Source: the human T2T-CHM13v2.0 reference genome, Homo sapiens. Taken from it: 64,000 nucleotides of DNA. Positions 42,690 to 64,000 of the stretch are shown one piece after another. Below the pieces are notes generated by a model. The model worked only from the letters and a program-made list of their open reading frames with translations, made no database searches and was not told where the DNA came from. Each line of letters starts with the position of its first letter. Positions within the stretch are counted from its first letter, which is position 1. The stretch lies in the NCBI RefSeq assembly GCF_009914755.1, contig NC_060937.1. The stretch is one strand, 5' to 3'. Position numbers and translations under genes: made by a program.

Positions 42690-45600
42690 AGGAGTGATGT
42701 CAGCAAGAGGACTAGCTAGAGGTTCCTTGGGCTCACCCCTAACAAGAAAGGACAAAGGTAATAACAATTAAGATTCAACTGGACTGTCAAAGGGAGAGTG
42801 GTGGAGTGCTGCAGGGGAGTGGAGAGGTGCCTATGGGCATTTGGAAGCCCCGAAGGGCAGTGTAGAAAAGGGAGTGAGGCACCCTGACTCTACTGCTTCA
42901 TCTCCTTTGCCTGGATTGGCCCAAAGTAAGGAGGCACTTCCCCTTGCAGGGAAAAGGTAAGCAGAAGAACCCCACCAGCCTCCACTGTCACCACAAACAC
43001 CTGTAGTCCTCACTACAGAAGAATCCTATAGCCCTTGTAAGCCCTAAGCCCAGCTTGGGGAATTGCTAGGAATTCACACAGCTGTACTTCTCTAGATTAG
43101 GAGCACAGGGTGTGTACTCCCAACTCTCACCCACCCACTGTGAGCCAAGCTGCTACAGCACAGCACTATCTTGATACCAGAGCTACTTCTGGAGTGTGCC
43201 TACTCTAAGGCCAGGAGCTGCTGTACCTCCTGAGCCCTAGGGCTCCTTTTTCATTCCACCAAGCCCACCACATGGCTGACTGCAATGCTTCTACCCAAGC
43301 TGCATGAAACATAGGCCAAGGATTATCTGTGACTCTAGTCCTGTACAGCAGGAAAACCAACTCCCATCACCGGCACTACTAATCAGAGGAACAGTCTAGT
43401 GGACCTATCCAGGACAGTTCCACCCTTTAGCCAGCCAAACTGCCACATGCCCTCGGCCAAGTAGGAGAGGCCTTCATGCCACTGAGGAGCTGATATGCTC
43501 ACACGTTGGCTAAGTGGTTGCATGTCTGTGTCCAGAGCCTGAGGAACAGCCTAGTGGGCCCCCCCATGGTGGATGTGCCCCTAGCATCTCTGTTCCCATG
43601 CCTGGGGCCTGAGAAACCACCTGGTGAACATGTCCCTGGCAGATAGGCTCCAGGCCAACTGAGCAGCCTTGTGCCCTGCCCCTGGTCAGAGAAACAGCCC
43701 AGTGATAGCACCCTGGCAGACGTGTCCCTGAGCCTGCTAAGATCTGCACACTTGTGCACCTAGCCAGAGTAACCTCACCATAGCCCCCAAACCAGCAAGT
43801 CAAACCCCAAGTTGTTAACCTACAATGTGCATGCACATAACCGCAGCCTAAGAAACAGACCAGTGAGCCCACCCCACTCCTGGTAAAGCTTTGCCACCAC
43901 TGCCCCCAAACTCTTGTAGTCTAGACCACTGAGATACCCACAGACATCACTAGCATGGATTACAGCTGAAGAAACTACATGGAAATTACACTATTGCATC
44001 CACCTAGAACCAAAGTCAATGCACTCTACCCAACCAACACCCTAAGATCCATATATAGGAATAAGTCTTTCCCTATGAAACCTACTCCATAAAATTTGAA
44101 GAGGCAACTGTTCCATCAAGTGCATAGAAATCAGCAGAAGAACACATCAAACATGGAAAATAAAGGCAACATGACACTTCCAAAAGAACACAGGGATTCT
44201 CCAATAATTGACAACAATCATAAGGAAATAGGCAAAATGTCATAAAACATTTCAAAATAATAATCTTAAGGAAAGTCAGTGAGATACAAGGAAGTACCGA
44301 TAGGCAATTCAATGAATCAGAGAAACAATTTATAATTTAAATGAGAAATTTAACGAAGAGGTAGATATTAAAAACAAAACAAAATGGAACCCTTAGAGCT
44401 AAAGACTTTAATGACTAAAATAAAAATACAGTTGAGAGCTTCAACAAGAGTAGACCAAACAGAAAAAAAGCATTTCTAAACTTGAAGTCTTGTGAAATAA
44501 CTCAGGCAGAGAAAAAAGGGACAGAGAAAGAAAGGAAAAAAAGAATAAAGCCCATGGGATTCATGGGACACCATTAAATGAATAAATATTTGCATTGTGG
44601 GAGTTCCAGAAGGAGGAGAGTAGGGAAACAGTGTAGAAAAATCAATGTAATACCATAATAGCTGAACACTTCTAAAATCTTTGAAGAGAGATGGAATATC
44701 CTGATTCAGGAAGCTCAAAGATCTCCCAAATATATTCACCCCAAACAGGTCCTCTCCAAGGCACATTATAACCAAATTGTCAAAAGCTGAAGACAAAGAA
44801 AGAATTCTAAAAGCGGCAAAAGAAAAACATCAAGTCACATACAAGAGAATCTGCATTAGACTAACAGCAGATTTCTTAACAGAAACCTTCCAGGCCAGGA
44901 GAGAGTGGAATGATACATTCAAACTACTGAACAAAAAACCTGCCAACCAAGAATACTATACTCGGCAAAGCTATTTCTTAAATGAAGAAGAAATAAGCTC
45001 TATCAGACAAGCAAAAACTGAAGGAATTTATGACCACGAGTTCAGCCTTACAAGAAATTCTTAAGGGAGACCTACCTCTGGAAGCAAAAAAGGTAATAAC
45101 TATCATAATGAAAACAGATGAAATTATAAAACTCATTGGTACACAACAGAATGAAGGACAAAAACCATATGACCATTTCAAAATATGCAGAGAAAGCATT
45201 TGATAAAATTCAAAATCTGTCCTGACATCTCTGTCAACATCTCTTCATGACAAAAATTCTCAATAAATTAAGTATAGAAGAAAAGTACCTCAACACAATA
45301 AAGGCCATGTATGCCAAACCCATAGCCAACATCACACTGAATGGGGAAAAGCTGACGGCTTTTCCTCTAAAAACTGGAAGAAGACAAGGATGCTCATTCT
45401 CACCACTCTTATTCAGCATAGCACTGAAAGTCCTAGCCAGAGCAATTAGGCAAGCAAAAAATAATAATAGCAATAAAGGACATTCAAATTGGAAAGGAGG
45501 AAATCAAATTGTCTCTGTGTGCAGAGGATATGATATTATACATAGAAAAACCTAAAGTCTGCACAAAAAAAAAACCTCTTAGAACTGATAAAGTTGCAGG

Positions 45601-47858
45601 ATACAAAATCAAGACACAGCAAGTAGCATTTCTATATGCAACAGCAATCAATCTGAAAAGGAAATCAAGAAAGCATTTTCATTTACAATAGTCCCAAAAA
45701 AATCAAATACTTAGGAATAAATTTAACCAAGGAGGTGAAAGATCTCTACAAGGAAAACTATAAAATACTGATGAAAGAAATTAAAGAAGTCACACACAAA
45801 AAATGGAAAGACATCCCATGTTAATGGACTAGAAAAATTAGTATTTTTTAAATGACCATACTCCTCAAAGTAATCTACAGATACAATGCAATCCTGACCA
45901 AAATACCAATGACATTCTTCACAGAAAAAGAAAAAATATCCTAAAATTTGTATGGAAATGCAAAAGACCCCAAATAGCAAAAGCAATCCTGAGCAAAAAG
46001 AACAAAGCTGGAGGCATCACACTACCCAATTTCAGAATATACTACAAAGCTATAGTAACCAAAACAGCATGGTACTGGCATAAAAACAGACACATAGACC
46101 AATGGAACCAAATAGAGACCTCAGAAACAAATCCACACTTTTACAGCCAATTGATTTTTGACAAAGGTGCCAAGAACACACACTAGGGAAAGGGTTTCTT
46201 CAATAAGTGATGCTGGAAAAACTGGATATCCATATGTAAAAGAATAAAACTAGATCCCCATCTCTCATCCTATAAAAAAATTAACTCAAAATGGATTAAA
46301 GACATAAATTTAAGACCCAAAACTATAAAACTACTAGAAGAAAACATAGAGAAAATGCTTCAGGACATTGGTCTGGGAAAAGATTTTATGAATAAAACCT
46401 CAAAAGCACAGGCAACCAAAGCAAAAATAAATAAATGGGATTGTATCAAACTAAAAAGCTTCTATGGAGCAAAGGGAACAATAGAGTAAAAAGACAACCT
46501 ATATAATAGGAGAGAATATTTGGAAACTATTCAATTAACAGGGAATTAATATCCAGAATACACAAAGAATTCAAACATCTCAACAGCAAAAAAAAAAAAA
46601 AAAAAAAATTCAATTTAAAAATGGGCAAATGATGTGAACAGACGTTTCCCAAAAGACATACAAATGTCCAATAAATATATGAAAACAATGCTCATCATCA
46701 CTAATCATGAGGGAAATGCAAATCTAAACCACAAGGGGATATCATCTCACCCCAGTTAGAATGGCTATCACTGGCCAGGTCAGGTGTGGTGGCTCATGCC
46801 TGTAATCCCAACACTTTGGGAGGCTGAGGTGGATGGATCACATGAGGCCAGGAGTTTGAGTGGCCAACACTGCGAAACCCTGTCTCTACTAAAGATACAA
46901 AAATTAGCCTGGTGTGGTGGCACACGCCTGTAATCCCAGCTACTCAGGAAGCTGAGGCACTAGAATCACTTGGACCTGGGAGGCAGAGGTTGCAGTGAAC
47001 AAGATCCTGCCACTGCACTCCAGCCTGGGTGACAGAGCAAGACTCTGTAACAGAACAAATGTTGGTAAGGATGCATAGAAAAGGGAATTCTGAGGAACTG
47101 TTGTGAGAATGTAAACTAGTACAGTCATTATGTAGAACAGAACGGAGGCTCCTCCAAAAACTACAAATAGAACTACCATATGATCCAGCAATCCTACTAC
47201 TTGGCATTTATCCAAAAAAAGGAAGTCAATATGTCAAAGAGATATCTTCACTCCATGTTTATTACAGCACTATTCGCATTAGCCATGATACAGAATCAAC
47301 CCAAGTGTTCAACAACTGATGAACAGATAAAGAAAATGTGGCATGTATACACAATGGAATACTATTCAACCATAAAAAAGACTGAAATCTTGTCATTTGC
47401 AGTAACATGGATGAGTCTGAAGGACATTATGTTAAGTGAAATGTCAGGAACAGAAAGTTAAACACTGCATGTTCTTATTCATATGTAGAAACTAAAAAAG
47501 CTGATCTCATGGAAGGCTAGTAAGGCAAAGTATCTAGAGTCTGGGATGGGTTGAGGGAAGAAAGGATGGGAAAGATTTGTTAGAGGATACAAAATTATAG
47601 CTAGATAGGAAGAATAAGTTCTAGTGTCTTATAGCACTGTAGGGTGACTATAGTTCACAATAATATAGTATATATTTTCAAATACCTAGAAGAGAGGATG
47701 TTGAATGTTCCCAACACAAATACATGATAAATATTTGAGATGATGAATATCCTAATTACCCTGATTGATCACTACACATTGTATGTATTGAAACATCACT
47801 ATGTACTCCATAAATATGTACAATTATTATGTGTCAATTAAAAATCAGTTTAAAAAAT
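42690..47858 (+). mobile_element. L1MA-like element with 5'UTR, ORF1 and a large internal deletion removing EN; Alu at 46772-47048
   Basis: ORF1 remnant 44777-45064 (KERILKAAKEK...IRLTADF), RT remnant 45247-45555, L1MA-type 3'UTR. Confidence 0.9.
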
Positions 47859-49088
47859 TTTGAGGTGAGAGTACTGGTCAAAGAGGCAGAGATGAACCAG
47901 GGAGTGCAGTGTTATCAGAGAAGCCAAAGAAAAAGGGAGCTTTTAGGAAAGGAATGGTCACCACCATCAAATGCCACCTGAAGGTCAAACATGACAAGAA
48001 AGAGTCCATTGGAATTGCCCAGTGGAAGATCGTTGGTGTTATGTCCCAGAGTGGTTGCTATGAGGTTGCAGCAGCAGTCTGATGACAGAAGGCCAAGGAA
48101 TGAGTGAGCTGGCGGGGAGTGGAGATAGTGGGCAGGCAGTTTGGCTGTGGAGTGAAAAAGAGAGAAAGGGAGTGAGTGGGTAGGGAGAGATGTAGGATCA
48201 AAGTATTTGTTTCTAAAACATTGAAGAGACTTAAATTTTATCCGTTGTTGAGGAAAAGCCAGTGGAGTGGAATAAGTTGAAACTATACGAGAGTAGCCCA
48301 GGGAATAAGTCTTAGTCATGAAGGAGACAGGAAGGGTAGAAATAGGAAGAGGACTCCTTTTCCTCTGGGAAGGCAGAAGGAAGCAGAGGGCAGGTACAGA
48401 TATGGGTAATTTTGAAGGTTTGGAGGTAGAAGCTGAGGGAGTTCACAGCTGAAGACTAATTTCTCAATGAGGAAATAAGTGAAAGTTGGCATGACTGTTG
48501 CAAGGTATTGGAAAGGAAGCTAATTTGTGAATTGACAAGGGCACTGAAGGTTGGACTCCATATATCTGCCCTCTGTTTAGAAGGGTTTTGTGACTTTTCT
48601 GGATCAGGATTGAGCTGCCTATGTGTGGCATCCAGGAAAATAGATCACTGGATTGATCCGATGTTTGGATGAAATAGGAGGATGTGGTACAACAGCAAGG
48701 TGATGAGGACACTTGCGGATTTATTAACACAGTGGAGAAAAATGGGGAACTCCAGGAGGAACCGGGCTGGATGAAGAGAAGGTACAACCATGGTGATAGA
48801 ATTGATGGGAGAGAGACAGAGATCAGAGGCAGAGGGGTCTCTGAGAGCATGATAAGCTGATGTATTGACAGAGCAGGCTGATATAAGGTTATGATCAAGA
48901 GTAGGATGCTCAAGTATAAGATTTAAAAGGGAAGAGGTTCTAGGCAATGCCAAGATCTAAACTATGGGCATGGGACTGGGAGAGTGAGGTGAAGGAGAGT
49001 GAAAGTCATGGTATCTAGGACAGGATAGTGCATGAGTCTTCCCATAAATGTTAAAGTCCCCAAGATGATGTGGGTAAAGAGGAGTATT

Positions 49089-49829
<741 letters not shown>

Positions 49830-50259
49830 TTAAGATGGCAGGGCTGAGGTACAGGTGGAGTTTGTTGGCCTCAGGCAACTAAATGTGGAGGCCTAGGAGT
49901 CTTAGATGCAAATAGAGTGTGATGAGTTTTGCTGATGCCTTGGAGGAGGAAGAACCAGAGACTCTATACACAGATCATGCCTGGAAAAGACTCCTGCCTG
50001 GGAGGCTGAAGAGCAATGTCTTAGGACATTTGCCACTTGGTGGAATTAGCAGTTGCTTATGATTAGTTGGAGGACAAAGATTTTGCCTGCGGATTTTCTT
50101 TAAAGGGCAAACATTATTCCAATAGGTCTCCGAATAGATATTTATTCAACTGAATTGAGATAAAGAGTTGAGCACATCAGTTACTTGTGGAATAATAGAA
50201 CTTCAGAGCAAAAGGACCTATGGGAAGGAGTCCACTCCTCATACGCATTTAGTGATCTC

Positions 50260-50760
50260 CATGCTCAGGCCCTTGTCTCTTGTCCCAGCTCATCCTGGCC
50301 CCCTCCTGCCACTGTCACAAGGGTTGCCCTTCAGCAATCTCCTGTGAACATACTTCCCTAGACCTGTCTGGCTCTTTTGTACCTTTCTGCACATGCTATC
50401 TCTTTTTTTGGAAGGAATCTTCCCCACTTCTGTCTGGCTAACTCCTACTCATTTTTCAAGTGTCAGGCAAAGCCAAATGTTTCTTCCTCCTTAAGCTCTT
50501 TTTGGCTCTCCCAGGCCTACTTAGGGACTCCTTCTGCTACATTCCTACTATGCTGTCTCATACTTTCTTTAAAGCAATGATCTTATCCCAGTAGAATTCC
50601 TTGCCTGTCTCTTCACTAGACTGTAAACTCTTGAAGTTAAGAACTGAGCCTGTTCACATTATAGCCTAGCTCCTAGAACAGTGACAAGAACGTTATAGGG
50701 TCTCAATTACTAGTTGAACCATGAATGAATGAATGAATGAATGAATGAATGAATGGAATA
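50260..50760 (+). mobile_element. L2 3' end with (TGAA)n tail at ~50722-50753
   Basis: cactagactgtaaactcttgaag...cctagaacagtg...(tgaa)n. Confidence 0.8.
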
Positions 50761-51332
50761 TATAAATAAATAAAAAGGAACAAGCAAATGAACAAACAAG
50801 GGAATGAGTAGTGGAGAGACACTTTGGGGTCAAACAGAGCCTGGGACTCCTATCTTTATTCTGTAATTCATTGTTTTATGACTTAGAGCAAGTTATGCAA
50901 TTTATTATCTACACAAAGGTCATAATAATACATTCCTTAATTGGAAAAAAAAATCTATAAACTGCCTGCCGCAGAGATGGCACAGGACACATTGTAGCCA
51001 TTGTGTTACTTCCAAAGTTCCCAGAGTCTGGTAATGTGAAAGGAGTGTCTGGAGGGGGAAAATACTAGCTCTTCCTGGAAAGAACTGCCTCATTCCTTAC
51101 CTTTCCTCCCCGGATGCACCATCATCCTTCCAGCTCTGTTAATCTTTTATTCAGACACTGCCTGTAAATTGTCTCTCAGATTCTACCTTTTCCATTATTT
51201 CTGTCTTTACTACCCTTATTTGGGTTTGGATTGTGTCAAAAAGTCTCCTAATGGCTTGCTTGACTCTGATCTCTCTACTGAGCAGTATGTAACAGCCCTC
51301 TGCTCAATCACTTGCCATGGGTCCATGTTGCC

Positions 51333-51634
<302 letters not shown>

Positions 51635-52188
51635 CTGTTGCCTTTTGATTAAAATCTAAATTATTTACCTTCATGGTCAAGGCTTTCTATGAATGAGCTC
51701 CACAGTAGCTGGTCAGTTTCCCCTTTCACTGCTCACTGTCCTACAACTGGTTATTCTGTTTCTTTCTCCACTTCTGTCATTGCTAATCTCTCTCATTAGA
51801 ATATTCTTTCCACTCTTCTTAAGCAGTTGACATCTGATCCTTCTAAGTTTAGCTAAAAACTGGTCTTCTCCTTTAAACGTTCTTTGACTGTTCCCACTGT
51901 ACATCATGGCCTTTCTTTCTTGCACTGATTCCCTTCTACACTTTTGAATTAAGTCTGGACTTAATTTCTACCACCTTATTTGTAGATTGCTACAGAATTT
52001 TTCTGGAGCTATTTTATGTCTTCATCTCATATTCAAACTTTCAAATACAAGGGCTGTATCCCTTGTTTCTGTTGTGTAACCCCAAACACCTGGCACACTG
52101 CTGGGCTTTGTATAAGTACTTAAGTGCATGCCTATTTCAGATTCTCGACCTTCTTATCCCAGGAGCAGCAGGGCATATATAATATCCC

Positions 52189-52659
52189 TGTAGCAGACTG
52201 AATGATGGCCCCCAAAGCTATCAGGCCCTAACCCCCAGAGCCTGTAAACGTCACTTTGCATGGAAAAAAAGGTCTTTGCAGATGCGATACACTTTAGGCT
52301 GTTGGGATGAGGAGATTATCCTGAATTATCTGGGTGGTCCCTGAATGCCGTTACTAGTGTCCTTATAAGAGAGAGGTGGAAGGAGCTTAGATACACACAC
52401 ACAATAAGAGAAGACAATGTTATCACAGAGGCCAAGGTTGGAGTAATGGGGCCACAAGCCAAGGCATACTCTTTCTACTTAAGGCACAACTTTCCTCTAG
52501 AATCTTGGAGGGAGCTTGGCCCAGCTGACGCATTGATCTCAGCCCAGTGAAACTGAGTTAATACTTCTGGCCTCCGGAACCATCAGTCAGTAAATCTGTG
52601 TTGTTTAAAGTCACCAAGTTTGTGGTACTTTGTTATACATGCCACAGGAAACTAAGATA
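52189..52659 (+). mobile_element. MaLR solo LTR, MLT1C/D-like
   Basis: TGtagcagactgaatgatggcccccaaag...ctttgcagatg...gagattatcctg...aagtttgtggtactttgtta...caggaaactaa, ~470 bp. Confidence 0.88.
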
Positions 52660-53245
52660 ATCATCATATTCATATTTATAGATTAAATTGGAGAAATACT
52701 TAAATGGGATGATTTACCTGCAAAAGAGAAGTAAAAGGTTGTGGAAAAAAATTAGACTCTCTTGAAAGGACTTAGGAAGAGATCCTCCTTCCTTCAGGTC
52801 GATCCCGGGTATTTGCAGTAGTGCCCTCACTTCAAATCTCTGGGGACTGCTGGAAGGACCCAGCGTCATAGGAGCAGGCACCCTACATGTGCTGTTTTAC
52901 TTAATCCTCTTAATAACCTTTGAGTTAGATACTATTAGTTATGCTTACTTTACATACAAGGAAACCAAGGTTCAGAAAAAATAAGGGCTTGTCCCAAGCT
53001 GCACAGAACCTCATTTGCTGAAGGGGGCTCCAAACTCTGGTGTGTGAAGGTCTCTTTCTTCTACTGTATGTCTCTGCATCCAGCTCTTTTAAGCCTCAGC
53101 CACTTCCACTGTCTCAGTCAGTGATTAAACGAGTATGTTTTGCAGCCAGATAAACCCTCGACTCAAATCCCTGCTCCGCCACTTACTATTGCTAAAGATG
53201 CTTAACTTCTTTAAGCCTCAAGTTCCTCATTTATAAAATGGAGAT

Positions 53246-53273
53246 GGGGGTGGTGGTGGTGGTGGTGGTGGTG
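53246..53273. repeat. (GGT)n microsatellite in a MIR
   Basis: ~8 GGT units directly after the MIR core cctcatttataaaatgg. Confidence 0.9.
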
Positions 53274-54869
53274 TAAATGGTGCTGTTCTGAAGTTGAAAT
53301 GAGATAATGTATACAAAGCTCTTCCCACAGTGCCCAGCACACAGTGAAGTCTCAGTATAGCTTAACGATCACTTTTATTGCTGTGCTGTTTTTTAAATAG
53401 GTTCAGAAATTCTCTTATAATCTCAATCTGTTCAAATTCTGGTGATCCGATTCATACCACTTTATAAACCAGAATACCAAATTATTAGTTCACAGTAAGT
53501 GTGCCAAGCCAACCAGATACTATGTTACTCTCCGTACGTCTTCCCTTGGGACAGTGCCTCGGACACACTGAGAAATTCTCATTACCTACCTTGCATTATT
53601 ATAGCTTCTGATGAGATGATTACTTCTCTCTTTCTAATGTCATTTGAGTTTCTTTTCATGGCATATCACATTTCCAAGTTAATTTTCTTTGAGCTATAGC
53701 AGTGAAATTCTCCTTAATTGAAACCTTCAATCAGAAAAGGATAACCCTTCTCTGACCTTGAGTCCAAGATCCTGGGCTCTGTCTTGCTTTGGGGACTGTA
53801 ATCTCTCCCCCTGTTCATTGATGATACTGTTTATCCTTAAAGGAAAGAAAGGCAGGTTTTTATTTTGGGGGAAGATTAGGTATTATATAGAGTTCCAAAG
53901 AATTTCCTGCTGGAAATCTCAGCAGCAGAGGAGCAAGTGTGTTAGTCAAAGACCCTATTGATGGAAAGGGAATGGCAGCAAGTGTCCTCAGCTGCCCTTA
54001 GATGTCTTTCCTGAGATGTTTATCTGGGAGTAGGTCTTACATTTCTTACATTTACAAAGGAGGCTGAGGGACTGCTGTCTTAAGTATAGGAACCAGTGGG
54101 AGCTCCCTCCGAGAGCAGCCCTGAAAAGATGTGAAATTCCTTTGTGTCCAATGGCAAGACCTGAGTGGGTAATCACAGAATGCTCCTAAATCAAACCTGG
54201 ATCCTGGCCCCAGAGTTAGTCAAACATATTCTCTGCTGTCCTTGTCTCTGTCCATTCCTCTCTTTTCCTTTTTTCTTTTTCTCCTACTCTTCCTTGTATT
54301 TTCTTTTCTTGTGTGTGTGTGTGTACCTCCACAGATACTCTAATTAAAGCAACAATTTGGATAAAGCATTTAATTTGGAATTAAATGAGCTTTTATTGTA
54401 ACTCCTTTTAAAATTATATAAAAATCCTGAAAGGCTAACATAGGAGTATCAGGAAAGAGCAAATCTCAAATATCTTATTTGATAAAGTAAGCTCTAAATA
54501 TGGTTTTAGAGTTATAGTCTCCCCAGAATCAAGCTTCAAATCTTAGCCTCCCATTCAGCTGCTTGTGTGTATGTCTAGCCGGACTGTTCATTTTCTCCTA
54601 CATTAGGAAATAGAGTGTGTTATATTTAGGGGTCTCATTTGCTCACATTCCTAATGTGCCCTCTTGTCCTGTCTTCATTTTGGATGATTGAGCTTTTCTC
54701 CTGGTTGATGGACTGGGTGGTTTTAGTAATATCGTGAGTCATCACCCCAAGCCTTGACATTGGCTGTAATGAAATTTCTAAGGCATTAAGCACGACAACC
54801 CAAAGAAATATCATACTGTAATGAAGGTTTGGTTTTCTGGCTACACTGAAAATCACTTTTCCTCCTCTT

Positions 54870-64000
<9,131 letters not shown>

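Overview
Primate (most likely human) genomic DNA, not prokaryotic. Bases ~1-13.0 kb hold the 3' half of CDK8 (Mediator kinase) on the + strand. Seven coding exons, numbered 7-13 by my recollection of the gene model, splice by GT-AG into one continuous frame running from kinase subdomain IX ([12 protein letters not shown]) to ...HQTHRY-stop. A ~1.15 kb 3'UTR with two AATAAA signals follows. The remaining ~51 kb is intergenic and dominated by repeats: about 22 Alus, several L1s including one ~8 kb nested copy, L2/MIR, a near full-length Tigger1, MADE1, MER53, MER5/MER3, an LTR16/ERVL remnant and an MLT1 LTR. Almost all ORFs in the supplied track are Alu/L1/L2 artefacts. I see no new multi-gene system. 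The best leads are: (1) CDK8 exons 10-12 would form a 336-nt stop-free circle with an ACCATGG start, flanked by inverted Alus; (2) the 118-nt intron 11 is open in frame up to a stop that overlaps a NAGNAG acceptor; (3) an old ~440-bp direct duplication brackets a rearranged L1; (4) there are several fold-back or templated-insertion scars. Repeat subfamily names and boundaries are by eye and approximate.
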